This document shows, piece by piece, positions 1-9,409 of a stretch of 64,000 nucleotides of DNA. The position numbers were made by a program, and so were the translations under genes. The notes below the pieces were generated by a model. The model made no database searches. It was given only the letters and a program-made list of their open reading frames with translations, and was not told the DNA's origin. Numbering within the stretch: the stretch's first letter is position 1; each line of letters begins with the position of its first letter. This DNA comes from Gammaproteobacteria bacterium (lineage in GTDB: Bacteria > Pseudomonadota > Gammaproteobacteria > Ga0077536). The stretch is from NCBI GenBank assembly GCA_038116745.1, contig JAYODW010000020.1, positions 444 through 64,443 on the forward strand, in the 5' to 3' direction.

Positions 1-1822
1 GGCTATTACGATCAGGTCAAATTTGAAGGTGCCATGGGCGGCGCGATCACCGACAGAATTCTCGGCCGGGTATCCGTCGCAACGCACCATAACGACGGCT
101 ACGTCGACAACCGGGTGCTGGGTGAGGACATCAACAACGCCAACGACTTCGCCGGACGTGTACAGCTCCAGTTCGATATCAACGAAGACATCGACTTCCT
201 GTTCAACGCGCGTGGTTCGATATCGCAGATCCGGACTGGGTTTTTTGAAAACGTGTCGGGTGCAGTCGATGCGAATGGGCTGGGCTTTGACACGCCTGGG
301 CAACCCAACTTCAACGGCTATGTTGACAATGATGGCGACCCCTGGGCGGGCGACTACAACTACTTTGGATTCCAGGACATTGAAACCTGGGGGTTCTCCG
401 GGACTTTCAACTGGCAGGTAAAGGACAGTCTGAAATTCATGTCGATCACGGATTATCAGACGGTGAAACGCGACTACATGGAGGACTCCGACGCATCGCC
501 GTTTTCAGATTTCAATTTTTTCCAGGTCACCGATGCAAAACAGTTTTCTCAGGAATTTCGACTGCTTGGCACACAAGACGAGCTGCGGTGGATTGCCGGC
601 TTCCTTCTATCTCTACATCGATGTTAATGACGCGAACGGCGCCGCTACGCCCTTGATCGGGGTCACAAACGCTATTCCCGTTGCTGACCCGGCATACTTT
701 CCACCTCTGGTTGATGACGCGACCGATGTCTACTGTGGCGGCTCACCAGCCTGTAACGCCAACGGGTCGTTTTTAGGAAACGACAACCCGTATCAGACCA
801 TCACCAACAGCTGGTCGCTGTTCGGTCAGGTCGAGTACGACTTCACTGAACAATGGACCGGGATTGCAGGTATTCGGTACATCGACGAAAGCAAAAACCA
901 TACATTTCACAACAACTTCGTTGACTTTGAGTGGGGCACGAAATGGCGGAACGGTAATCCAAACATTATTGCCAACCTGGGCACTTACAGGGGTGAATAT
1001 GATCAGGGGCTGTGGTCTGCAAAAGTCGAACTGGACTTCCGACCAGCGGACTGGTCGCTGCTGTACGCGAGCTGGAACCGGGGCGTAAAAGGTGGCGGGT
1101 TCAATGCGCCGCTGGATGTTACCGATTACGCGAATGCGTACAACGCCCCAGACGGCTTGATTCCGCTTACAGATGCAAACATGCGGTTTAAAGAAGAAAA
1201 GCTGGACGCATTTGAAGGTGGCTTCAAGCTCAGCCTGTTCGATGGCAAAGCACGACTGAACGGCGCTGGGTACTACTATGACTACAAAGACTATCAAGCC
1301 TTCCAGATCATCGGCCTGACAACGTTCATCTTTAATGCTGACGCGAAATCACACGGCGGCGAATTGGAGTTTCAGACCTCACCGATAGATGGACTAGATT
1401 TCCTTGCCGGTCTCGCCTACAACGATGTGACAATTAAGGATGTGGATCTTTTCGGTACCGGAAACACTGAAGATACCAAGCCGGTGCAGTCTCCCAAATG
1501 GAACATCAACGCTTTGCTTAGGTACCAGTGGCCGTTCTGGCAGGGGAACCTCGCGGTTCAGGGCGATTTTCAGTACCGTTCCAAGCACTTTTTCAGCCTG
1601 ACCCGCGCGCCAGCGAGCACACAAACCGGCTATGCAATCGGAAACGCGCGCCTGAGCTACGCGACCGCGGACAAGCAGTGGGAAGCGGCTGTCTTCGTGC
1701 ACAACATCGCGGATGAAGAGTACCTCGTGCAGACGTTCGATTTGGCGGGTGTCCTCGGCATGAACGAACAGTATTACGGCCTGCCCCGCTGGGTCGGCGG
1801 CAGCCTGCGCTATTCGTTCTGA
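1..1822 (+). pseudogene. TonB-dependent outer-membrane receptor, C-terminal ~600 codons (5' end lies outside the window); reading frame broken near nt 598-603
   Basis: Frame 1 is open from nt 1 to the stop at 625-627 (...FSQEFRLLGTQDELRWIAGF). Frame 2 continues (FYLYIDVNDANG...) to ...GGSLRYSF with its stop at 1820-1822. The joined text RWIAGF-FYLYIDV is a typical TBDR barrel motif, and the protein ends in an aromatic residue. One extra C in ggcttcCttctat explains the shift, which could also be a sequencing error. Confidence 0.6.
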
Positions 1823-1837
1823 CGCGTTCTGAGATTC

Positions 1838-1869
1838 GACTGTCAGGGTTCGGCTAAGCCCTGACAGTC
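1838..1869. terminator. Bidirectional stem-loop between convergent genes
   Basis: Perfect 11-bp inverted repeat GACTGTCAGGG / CCCTGACAGTC with a 10-nt loop. It lies between the stop at 1822 (+) and the stop at 1873-1875 (-), and TGTTT follows on the + strand. Confidence 0.6.
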
Positions 1870-1872
1870 TGT

Positions 1873-3366
1873 TTAACGAACCAGGTCTTTGACCTGCCCT
1901 ACCGCTATCTTTCCCAGCGCTGTGCGCGGCAGCGCCTCCACGAAGACGACTGCCTGCGGCCGCTTGTAACGCGCCACCTGGCCTTCGAAGAGCTGCAACA
2001 CCTGTACTGCTGTCACCGTTGTTGCGGCCGGCACGCCGACCACCACAGGCACCTCGCCCCAGCGCGGATCAGCCCGGCCTACAACTGCCCATTCCTGCAG
2101 CAGTCCGCTGGCGCCGAGGATGCGCTCGAGTTCTGCGGGATAAATGTTTTCGCCACCGGAGATGATCACGTTCTTGATCCGGTCCTTGAACCAGAACAGA
2201 CCCGACGGGTCCCGCTCGGCGACATCCCCCGTATCAATCCACGCAGAGGGATAGGGTTCGACCGCCTGGCGAGCACGGTCCCAGGTGCCGCCGGCGCAAT
2301 GCCGCCCCTGCACCAGGATTCTCCCCGGCTGTCCCTCGGGCACCTCGGCGTCTTCAGCGTCAACCAGCCTGATAGTGCTGTGCAGGCCGGCACGTCCGAT
2401 GGAGCCGACTGAGATCTGTGCCTCTGGCAACGTCTGATAGATAGCCATAGGCCCGGTCTCGGTGCAGCCGTAGATCTGAATCACCGGCAGATTGCGCGCA
2501 TGAAACCGTTCGATCAGTTCCACAGGCACATCCGTTGAACCCGTGGTCACGCAGCGCAGTCCGCTCAGATCTGCGCTTGACCAGCCCTCGAGTGCGCTTA
2601 AAACCTGCATCATCGGCGGCACAAGCACCGCCAGGCTGGCCTGCTTGTCACTCAACAGGCTCAAGGTGCGCTCTGGTTCAAAGCGCGGCTCGAGGATCAG
2701 GGTGGCACCCCGATAGAGTGCCGGCAGGCTCTGGATATTGAGTCCACCGACATGAAACATCGGCAGCACATTCAGAATCCGGTCGCTCACCTGCATGTCG
2801 TGCATATCGATGGCATTGAGCGCGTTGTAGAACAACGCTTCCTGACTCAGCACGACGCCTTTGGGCAGTCCTGTCGTACCGGAGGTGTAGATCAGCAGCG
2901 CCGGTGTCTGTGGCTCAACCGAGCGCGCGCGCTGCAGCTGACGTCCACTCGCCTCGGGCAACTTGCCCAGTCCTGTTCGGGTAAAGCCACTGGTGACCAC
3001 CTGGTGATGACCGTTGAAAGTCTCCGCCAGGTCAGCACAGTCTGCCTGCACGACAATCACCCGCGGCAAAGCATCTTCGGCCAGCGCAGCAAGCTCTGCA
3101 GCAACCAGGCGCCAGTTCAGCGGCGTGAACAACGTTCTGGTTTCAGCGCAGGCAAAAAGCAGCGCCAGGAGATCGGGAACGTTGTGCCCCAGCCAGGCAA
3201 CCCGGTCGCCTGGCTGGACCTTAATCTCCGTCTCAAGCCAGTCAATCAGCGTAGCAATTCGACCGCCAAACGCCGCATAGCTCAGGCTGCCGTCGGGAAA
3301 TTCGAGCGCCGTCCGTTCAGGCGTGCGCGCCGCGTGGTGTGCGATCCAACCGGCGAGCGAGTGCAT
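1873..3366 (-). CDS. AMP-dependent acyl-CoA synthetase/ligase
   Basis: Lies in ORF 1873..3438 and carries the YTSGTTGLPKGV adenylation motif. The preferred start is the ATG at 3366 (MHSLAGWIAHHAARTPERTALEF), which overlaps the upstream stop by 1 nt (TGATG), indicating translational coupling. Confidence 0.85.
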   Translation of the reverse strand: MHSLAGWIAHHAARTPERTALEFPDGSLSYAAFGGRIATLIDWLETEIKVQPGDRVAWLGHNVPDLLALLFACAETRTLFTPLNWRLVAAELAALAEDALPRVIVVQADCADLAETFNGHHQVVTSGFTRTGLGKLPEASGRQLQRARSVEPQTPALLIYTSGTTGLPKGVVLSQEALFYNALNAIDMHDMQVSDRILNVLPMFHVGGLNIQSLPALYRGATLILEPRFEPERTLSLLSDKQASLAVLVPPMMQVLSALEGWSSADLSGLRCVTTGSTDVPVELIERFHARNLPVIQIYGCTETGPMAIYQTLPEAQISVGSIGRAGLHSTIRLVDAEDAEVPEGQPGRILVQGRHCAGGTWDRARQAVEPYPSAWIDTGDVAERDPSGLFWFKDRIKNVIISGGENIYPAELERILGASGLLQEWAVVGRADPRWGEVPVVVGVPAATTVTAVQVLQLFEGQVARYKRPQAVVFVEALPRTALGKIAVGQVKDLVR

Positions 3367-4622
3367 CAGTCGTCTGTTTCTCCCCGCCGGTAGAGGAGCC
3401 CGTGGCCGATCCGCTCGACGCAGATATCCGCGTTCCACGGCAGCATTAACGAACCGCAGCGACTGTCTCGATAGAGGCGCTCCAGCGGCAGAGATTTCAG
3501 CATCGACTGTCCGCCACAGGTGCGAATGGCGAGCTGGCAGAGCTCGTTCGCGTTTTCCATCACGCTGTACTGCGCAGCAAAAGCGCGCAGCATCATGTCC
3601 TGAGGCGGATCAACGCGTGCTTCGCTGATGGTCTGAAACCAGAGCGCTTTGGTCTGTTCCAGGCGCAGATACATCTCCGCAAGATTGTGCTGCTTGACGG
3701 CGTTCCCGCGGCGTTTATCGCCCTTCTGCCCCGGCACTTCTCCGCGCAGGTAGGCGACTGTGAAATCACACGCCGCCTGCGCGATGCCGATGTAGGCCGG
3801 TGTCAGGGTCAAGAACATGTGTGGCCAGCGTGATGCGGCCTGATGGTAGATCCCGGCTGGCATCAGCATCGCGTCGGCGTCTACCAGCACGTTATCCAGC
3901 ACCAGGGTCCGGCTGACTGTCCCCCGCATGCCGACGGGATCCCAATCACCTTCCACGCTCACGCCCGCAGCACTGGCGGGTACCGCGAGGTACAAGGTAT
4001 TGCGACGGGACAGCTTGCCGTCCTCTGCGGGAACCGTGCACAAAATTCCGTAGTAGTCGGCGTGTCCGGAGAGGGAGGCAAAAATTTTCCGCCCGCGGAC
4101 CCGCCAGTGTTCGCCCTCGCGCACGGCAGAAGTAGCGAACGGCACCGCGCCTGCTGCGGCGCTGCCACCCTCAGAGAAGGGCTGCGCATAGACCGCGCCT
4201 TGTTCCACTATCCGCTGATAGTGCAACGCGCGTCGGCGTGCATGTTCGCCGCGCTGTTCGGTATCCATCTCCAGCTGATCTGCCAGCGGTCCGCTCCACA
4301 GGCACGAGCAGACGTGCATATTCCACGTCAGGGCCGTCGCCCCGCAGTAGCGCCCGACCTCCGCGGCCGTCAGGCTGTAGGCGCGATATCCAGCGCCCAG
4401 CCCACCGTGCTCAGCAGGGACACAGATCCCGAGCAACCCGGATTCGCGCAGATCGAGAAAGTTCTCCGTGGGGAATTTCGCTGCGCGATCGTAATCAGCA
4501 GCGCGTGGCGCGAAGCGCTCGCGGCCCAGCTCGCGAGCCTGTGCGGTAAGCGCGACTTCCTGTTCGGTCAGACGGTAAGCAGCGGGATCAAAAATCGGCG
4601 CGTCAGCTTCAGGCAACGACAC
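3366..4622 (-). CDS. Acyl-CoA dehydrogenase-fold flavoprotein, atypical (no canonical C-terminal YEG catalytic Glu)
   Basis: Lies in ORF 3366..4655, whose listed start is a TTG. A GTG at 4622 sits 9 nt downstream of a GAGG and is preferred. ACAD-like N-terminal, middle and C-terminal regions are present (GLLGICVPAEHGGLG...), but the C-terminal block reads RDSRCGSLMLPWNADI where MCAD-type enzymes have RD..I.YEGT..I. Confidence 0.8.
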   Translation of the reverse strand: MSLPEADAPIFDPAAYRLTEQEVALTAQARELGRERFAPRAADYDRAAKFPTENFLDLRESGLLGICVPAEHGGLGAGYRAYSLTAAEVGRYCGATALTWNMHVCSCLWSGPLADQLEMDTEQRGEHARRRALHYQRIVEQGAVYAQPFSEGGSAAAGAVPFATSAVREGEHWRVRGRKIFASLSGHADYYGILCTVPAEDGKLSRRNTLYLAVPASAAGVSVEGDWDPVGMRGTVSRTLVLDNVLVDADAMLMPAGIYHQAASRWPHMFLTLTPAYIGIAQAACDFTVAYLRGEVPGQKGDKRRGNAVKQHNLAEMYLRLEQTKALWFQTISEARVDPPQDMMLRAFAAQYSVMENANELCQLAIRTCGGQSMLKSLPLERLYRDSRCGSLMLPWNADICVERIGHGLLYRRGETDD

Positions 4623-5667
4623 CGGAGGGTTCCTCAACCAGATTCCCCGCTTCAACGACGATCACATCGTCAACCTTGACCGTGCAGCCCCGCAGCGGGA
4701 GATCGAAATGCCCCTCGGTAAAGCGACCTGCGACCTCGTTAGCGCCCGTCGAATAAAGAAAATTCCCGGCAAAGGCCCGCAGCTCGGTGCCGTTCAGATC
4801 CCGCTGGTCGTACATCGTCAGGGCCTCGTAGCGCGCCCGTCGGTTCAGTCCCCAGCCGACATGGCTTACGCCATAGGCTTCGCGGTCACCCCAGGCGGCA
4901 AGATAGCGTCGCATCAGATCGGCATCGGTGCCGCTGCCGTTGATGGCGGTCACGAAATCATTCTCGACAATGAGTTCTACCGCGCTGGTCAGATAGCGCT
5001 TGAACGTAAGATTGATGTCGCCAACGTCCATCACCAGCCGCCCGTTAACGCTCCCCGCGCGCGGAAAGTTGACCACGATCCCGCCCGGCCAGTGCGAGAC
5101 CATGCCGGGACGATCCGCCCAGCCCCAGACTCCGCCGGTTCTGGCGTCGGTCAGGTCGACCGTCAGGTCTGTCCCGGCCTGCGAAGTAACAAGCATGCGC
5201 TCACCGCCGCGACAGCGTTTAATTGCTGCGCGCGCGCTGACCGAGTCCTCCTCTCTCGGCACCAGACGCTCCAGCGCGTCAGGATGCTCATTGGAGACCA
5301 TCATGACCCGCGCTCCGGCACCGAGGATTTCGGGCAGCTGCGGTGCATGGAGCAGCCCTTCGACCGTACAGTCAACCACAAGCGTCGCAACCTTGATCGC
5401 GGCGAGCGCCGCATGCTGACCATTCAGCGCCTGACTGGCCCCGGTCGAACGCACCGGGACCGGGGCCGACTGGGCCGGTGTCGGCACGGTGATCCTGGCC
5501 ACACAGGCACCCAGAGACTGCAGGGCGAGCTCGGCAAGCTCAACATTCAGTGCACGTGACTGGCTCTCCGCCAGAATGACTACCTGTTCACCGTCGGCAA
5601 CCTTGCACAAGCGGAAAACCTCGCGGAAGGCCTCCAGCCAGCGATGCTCGATGCGATCGTTCAACAT
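4609..5667 (-). CDS. NicX-like (2,5-dihydroxypyridine 5,6-dioxygenase / M29 aminopeptidase-T fold) Fe(II) enzyme
   Basis: 352 aa, with an ATG preceded by GAGGAG. The blocks HWPGG, VMDVGDINLTFK, YGVSHVGWGL, AFAGNFLYSTG and GHFDLPLRGC are co-linear with P. putida NicX as I recall it (HWPSG, VLDVGDIILPFK, YGISHIGWGL, FYGNFLFSTG, CHLDIPLRNC). Confidence 0.7.
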   Translation of the reverse strand: MLNDRIEHRWLEAFREVFRLCKVADGEQVVILAESQSRALNVELAELALQSLGACVARITVPTPAQSAPVPVRSTGASQALNGQHAALAAIKVATLVVDCTVEGLLHAPQLPEILGAGARVMMVSNEHPDALERLVPREEDSVSARAAIKRCRGGERMLVTSQAGTDLTVDLTDARTGGVWGWADRPGMVSHWPGGIVVNFPRAGSVNGRLVMDVGDINLTFKRYLTSAVELIVENDFVTAINGSGTDADLMRRYLAAWGDREAYGVSHVGWGLNRRARYEALTMYDQRDLNGTELRAFAGNFLYSTGANEVAGRFTEGHFDLPLRGCTVKVDDVIVVEAGNLVEEPSGVVA

Positions 5668-5727
5668 TTACTGCTCCTCGCATTTGCTACAGGGGCGTCA
5701 GACACGCACCTGCAGGCCTGCTTTTCG

Positions 5728-6045
5728 TCAGTCGTTCTGAGCAACCTCGACGACCAGACCGTCAAGCGCATCGGTGACTTTAATCTGGCAAGACAGACGG
5801 CTGCTCGGACGTCGTTCCACCGCCAGCTCGAGCGTCGAGTCCTCAATATCATCGGGGCCACCAACCGCTTCCATCCACGCCTCGTCGATGTAGCAGTGGC
5901 AGGTGCTGCACGCGCAGCTGCCGCCACAGATAGCCAGGATCCCGTCAACCCCGTGCTGGATGGCCCCCTCCATGACGGACAAGCCCGAGGACACCTCACA
6001 CTCGCGGCGATTCCCGCTGGTCTCGACATAGGTAATTTTCGGCAT
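5728..6045 (-). CDS. [2Fe-2S] ferredoxin, adrenodoxin/putidaredoxin type
   Basis: 105 aa with the Cys cluster CGGSCACSTCH plus a distal RLSCQI. RBS GGAGAAAG. Confidence 0.9.
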   Translation of the reverse strand: MPKITYVETSGNRRECEVSSGLSVMEGAIQHGVDGILAICGGSCACSTCHCYIDEAWMEAVGGPDDIEDSTLELAVERRPSSRLSCQIKVTDALDGLVVEVAQND

Positions 6046-6079
6046 GAGTTATCTTTCTCCCCGGAAATCCGGTATCTGG

Positions 6080-7321
6080 TTACTGAGCTGCCTGCCGGGC
6101 AAGCTGCATGAGGTCAACCTGCGGGTCTTCAATCTGCGCCGCGGTTACCGGCACGCTCTGTGCCAGCAGTTTGCGGCAGGCCATGTGGTCCTGAGGGCGG
6201 TTGATGGAGTCCGCCCCTATGAGCTGACCTGCTTTGAAGTAAAACTCTGTGAAAGCGGCGTTTCCCACGTCGCCACGCAGGACGGCATGGTCGTGACCCG
6301 CCCCAATCCCCGCGATCTGGAGTTTGGCATCGTACTGGTCAGACCAGAACCAGGGCACCTGGCGGTAGCGGTCTTCCTGTCCGAGCATGGTGCCAGCCGC
6401 CACCTTTGCCTGGTCGACCGCATTCTGTACGGATTCGAGCCGGATCCTGCGTCCCAGAAACCCGTTGTCGTGCATCGTGCAATCGCCCGCCGCGACAATG
6501 TCCGGATCTGAGGTGCGCCCGTGGATGTCGACCAGAATTCCTCCATCACAGGCCAGTCCGGCTTTTTCAGCCAGCTCCTGGTTTGGCTGAACCCCTATCC
6601 CGACCACCACACAGTCAACCACCTCGGCAGACCGACCATTCGGGCCCGAGATACAGACCTCGATACCGTCAGCCAGGGATGTAAGTTTCTCCACAGCGCT
6701 GCTCAAACGGAGCACAACATCGTGGCTGCGGTGCAAGGCGGCATAGAAGTCCGACAAGCGCGGCGCCACCACGCGCGCGAGCAGACGGTCCTGCATTTCA
6801 ATAACGATGACAGTCTTCCCCATCGATGCGGCAACCGCAGCCACCTCGAGACCGATAAAACCGCCGCCGATGATGGCGAGACGCTGGCTCCGAGCCAGGG
6901 ATAAAGCCAGCCCCCGGCTGTCTTCAAGGGAGCGCACGTAATGCACGCCAACCGTATCGCCCCCGGGACACGGCAGAGGCCGGTTCCGAGCACCGAGCGT
7001 CAGAGCCAGTTTGTCGTAGCCGATGACGGCCCCATCGCTGAGCGTCAGCGTATGCCCTTGAGCGTCCAGCGCAGACGCGTGAGTGCCGAGACGCACAGTC
7101 ACGTCGAGCTTTTCAAAGTACGGCGCAGGCCGGAACAGCAAACGCGCCTCTTCAACCTCTCCAGCTAGAAACTTCTTGGACAGGGGTGGGCGCTGATAGG
7201 GCAGCGTCGTCTCTTCGGCGACCAGCGTGAGGTCACCGTCGTAACCGGACTTGCGTAAGGATTCACAGATCTGAAGGCCAGCTTGGCCGCCGCCTACGAC
7301 TACGAATCTAGGATTGCCCAT
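6080..7321 (-). CDS. FAD/NAD(P)H ferredoxin reductase (putidaredoxin-reductase-like)
   Basis: 413 aa with an N-terminal VVVGGGQAG dinucleotide fold and a second IIGGGFIGLE fold. RBS GGGGAGG. Confidence 0.9.
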   Translation of the reverse strand: MGNPRFVVVGGGQAGLQICESLRKSGYDGDLTLVAEETTLPYQRPPLSKKFLAGEVEEARLLFRPAPYFEKLDVTVRLGTHASALDAQGHTLTLSDGAVIGYDKLALTLGARNRPLPCPGGDTVGVHYVRSLEDSRGLALSLARSQRLAIIGGGFIGLEVAAVAASMGKTVIVIEMQDRLLARVVAPRLSDFYAALHRSHDVVLRLSSAVEKLTSLADGIEVCISGPNGRSAEVVDCVVVGIGVQPNQELAEKAGLACDGGILVDIHGRTSDPDIVAAGDCTMHDNGFLGRRIRLESVQNAVDQAKVAAGTMLGQEDRYRQVPWFWSDQYDAKLQIAGIGAGHDHAVLRGDVGNAAFTEFYFKAGQLIGADSINRPQDHMACRKLLAQSVPVTAAQIEDPQVDLMQLARQAAQ

Positions 7322-7397
7322 GAACCTCCCCCGATAGTTCTCAACCCGTCACGGATCCTCGCCCCGAGCTGCCCCGGCCCGTGGACTGAGGGGAAGT

Positions 7398-7721
7398 TCA
7401 GGTCTGTCGGTCTGGAATATTAACCACAAGACCTTCGAGTTCTGCGGTCATTTTGATCTGGCAGGAGAGGCGCGACGTCGGTTGCCGCTCAGCCGCCGTG
7501 CACTCGAGCATGTCGCCTTCCATGTCGTTGATTTTCGGCAAACTTCCAAGTGCTGCCGGGTCAATATAGACATGGCATGTCGCACACGCGCAGCCGCCAC
7601 CGCATTCAGCAACAATACCCTCAACATCGTTCTGGACCGCAGCCTCCATCAGGCTCCAGCCCACCGGGACGTCGACGGTCTGCTCAGAGCCGTCCGCCTG
7701 GCGATAGATCACATTCGGCAT
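7398..7721 (-). CDS. [2Fe-2S] ferredoxin, adrenodoxin type (paralogue of 5728-6045)
   Basis: 107 aa with CGGGCACATCH and RLSCQI. It starts 7 nt after the ETF-QO stop. Confidence 0.9.
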   Translation of the reverse strand: MPNVIYRQADGSEQTVDVPVGWSLMEAAVQNDVEGIVAECGGGCACATCHVYIDPAALGSLPKINDMEGDMLECTAAERQPTSRLSCQIKMTAELEGLVVNIPDRQT

Positions 7722-7728
7722 GATTCAC

Positions 7729-9363
7729 TCACATATTGGGATAATTGGGGCCACCGCCGCCCTCCGGCGTGACCCAGTTGATGTTTTGAGTCGGGTCTTT
7801 GATATCGCAGGTCTTACAGTGAACACAGTTCTGCGCGTTTATCTGCAGGCTGAGATCCTCACCCTCCCCGACGTACTCGTACACGCCGGCGGGGCAGTAG
7901 CGCTGCTCCGGCCCTGCATATCGCGCGTGGTTGACCGCGACCGGCACTGCATCATCACGCAGCGTCAGGTGGCACGGCTGGTCTTCCTCGTGATTCGTGT
8001 TTGAGAGAAACACCGATGACAGACGATCGAAGGTGAGTTCGCCATCCGGCTTCGGATAATTGATCGGCAGACATTCGGCAGCCGGCTTGAGTTGTGCATG
8101 GTCCGGGCGGTGTCGCAGGGTCCAGGGCGCTTTGCCACGCAGCAGCACCGTATCGATAGCCGAATACAGCATGGCCATCGGCAGCCCCCAGTGGAAGGAG
8201 GGTTTGATATTGCGCACGCCGCGGAGCTCATCCCAGAGCCAGGTCTGCTCAAGCTTTTCCCGGTACGCGGTGACTTCAAGTCCCTGTGCATCGCTGCCGG
8301 TCAGAGCGTCAAAGATCGCTTCGGCGGCCGTCATACCTGACTTCATGGCGGTATGGCTGCCCTTGATCTTCGGCACGTTCAGAAAGCCAGCGGCGTCTCC
8401 GATCAGTAGACCGCCCGGAAAACTGAGTTTAGGGATCGACTGGAATCCTCCTGCGGAAATCGCCCGTGCGCCGTAGGAAAGCCGGCGGCCACCCGCAAAC
8501 ACCTCCCGGATGGCGGGATGCGTCTTGAAGCGCTGCATTTCTTCGAAGGGGCTGAGATAAGGGTTCTTGTAGTCCAGTCCCACCACGAAGCCCACGGAGA
8601 CCAGATTCTCTTCAAGGTGATACATCCAGGACCCACCGTAGGTCGAGCGGTCCATGGGCCATCCCACTGTGTGCGTAATCTGCCCCGCGACGTGTTTCTC
8701 CGGCTGAACTTCCCACAGCTCTTTGATGCCGATTCCGTACACCTGATCATCCACGCCGTTACGCAGGTCGAAGCGCTCGAAAAGAGTTTTGGTCAGTGAG
8801 CCTCTGCAGCCCTCAGCAAACAGCGTCTGGCGCGCATGCAGTTCCATACCCGGCGCGAAGTTCGGCCCTTCCCCGCCGTCCCGGCTGCGCCCCATGTCCC
8901 CCGTGGCGACGCCTTTCACGCTGCCGTCCTCGTGATAGAGCACCTCAGCAGCCGCGAACCCCGGGTAGATCTCCACCTCCAGCGCTTCAGCCTGCTCGGC
9001 CAGCCAGCGGCACACGTTCCCCAGACTGACGATGTAGTTGCCGTGGTTGTTCTGCGGCGGCGGTGTCGGCAGGCGGAACGATCGTTTTTCGGTCAGAAAC
9101 AGGAAACGGTCTTCATGCGCCGGCGTATTCAGCGGCGCTCCGAGTTCCCGCCAGTCGGGAAGCAACTCGTCCAGCGCTCGAGGTTCCATGACGGCACCTG
9201 AAAGGATGTGCGCACCGACTTCTGAGCCCTTTTCCAGGACGCAGACAGTCAGCTCCTGCTCGTTCTGAATCGCCAGCTGACGCAGCCGGATGGCCGCGGC
9301 GAGTCCCGACGGACCACCCCCGACGACCACGACGTCAAACTCCATTGCTTCGCGTTCCATCAC
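7729..9363 (-). CDS. Electron-transfer flavoprotein:ubiquinone oxidoreductase (ETF-QO)
   Basis: 544 aa. It has an N-terminal [19 protein letters not shown] fold and a C-terminal 4Fe-4S ferredoxin-like block CPAGVYE...[13 protein letters not shown], ending [10 protein letters not shown]. Confidence 0.92.
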   Translation of the reverse strand: MMEREAMEFDVVVVGGGPSGLAAAIRLRQLAIQNEQELTVCVLEKGSEVGAHILSGAVMEPRALDELLPDWRELGAPLNTPAHEDRFLFLTEKRSFRLPTPPPQNNHGNYIVSLGNVCRWLAEQAEALEVEIYPGFAAAEVLYHEDGSVKGVATGDMGRSRDGGEGPNFAPGMELHARQTLFAEGCRGSLTKTLFERFDLRNGVDDQVYGIGIKELWEVQPEKHVAGQITHTVGWPMDRSTYGGSWMYHLEENLVSVGFVVGLDYKNPYLSPFEEMQRFKTHPAIREVFAGGRRLSYGARAISAGGFQSIPKLSFPGGLLIGDAAGFLNVPKIKGSHTAMKSGMTAAEAIFDALTGSDAQGLEVTAYREKLEQTWLWDELRGVRNIKPSFHWGLPMAMLYSAIDTVLLRGKAPWTLRHRPDHAQLKPAAECLPINYPKPDGELTFDRLSSVFLSNTNHEEDQPCHLTLRDDAVPVAVNHARYAGPEQRYCPAGVYEYVGEGEDLSLQINAQNCVHCKTCDIKDPTQNINWVTPEGGGGPNYPNM

Positions 9364-9409
9364 GCTTCCTCCCGCCCTAAGACCCGCACAGATTGAGGCA
9401 ACGGACCAA

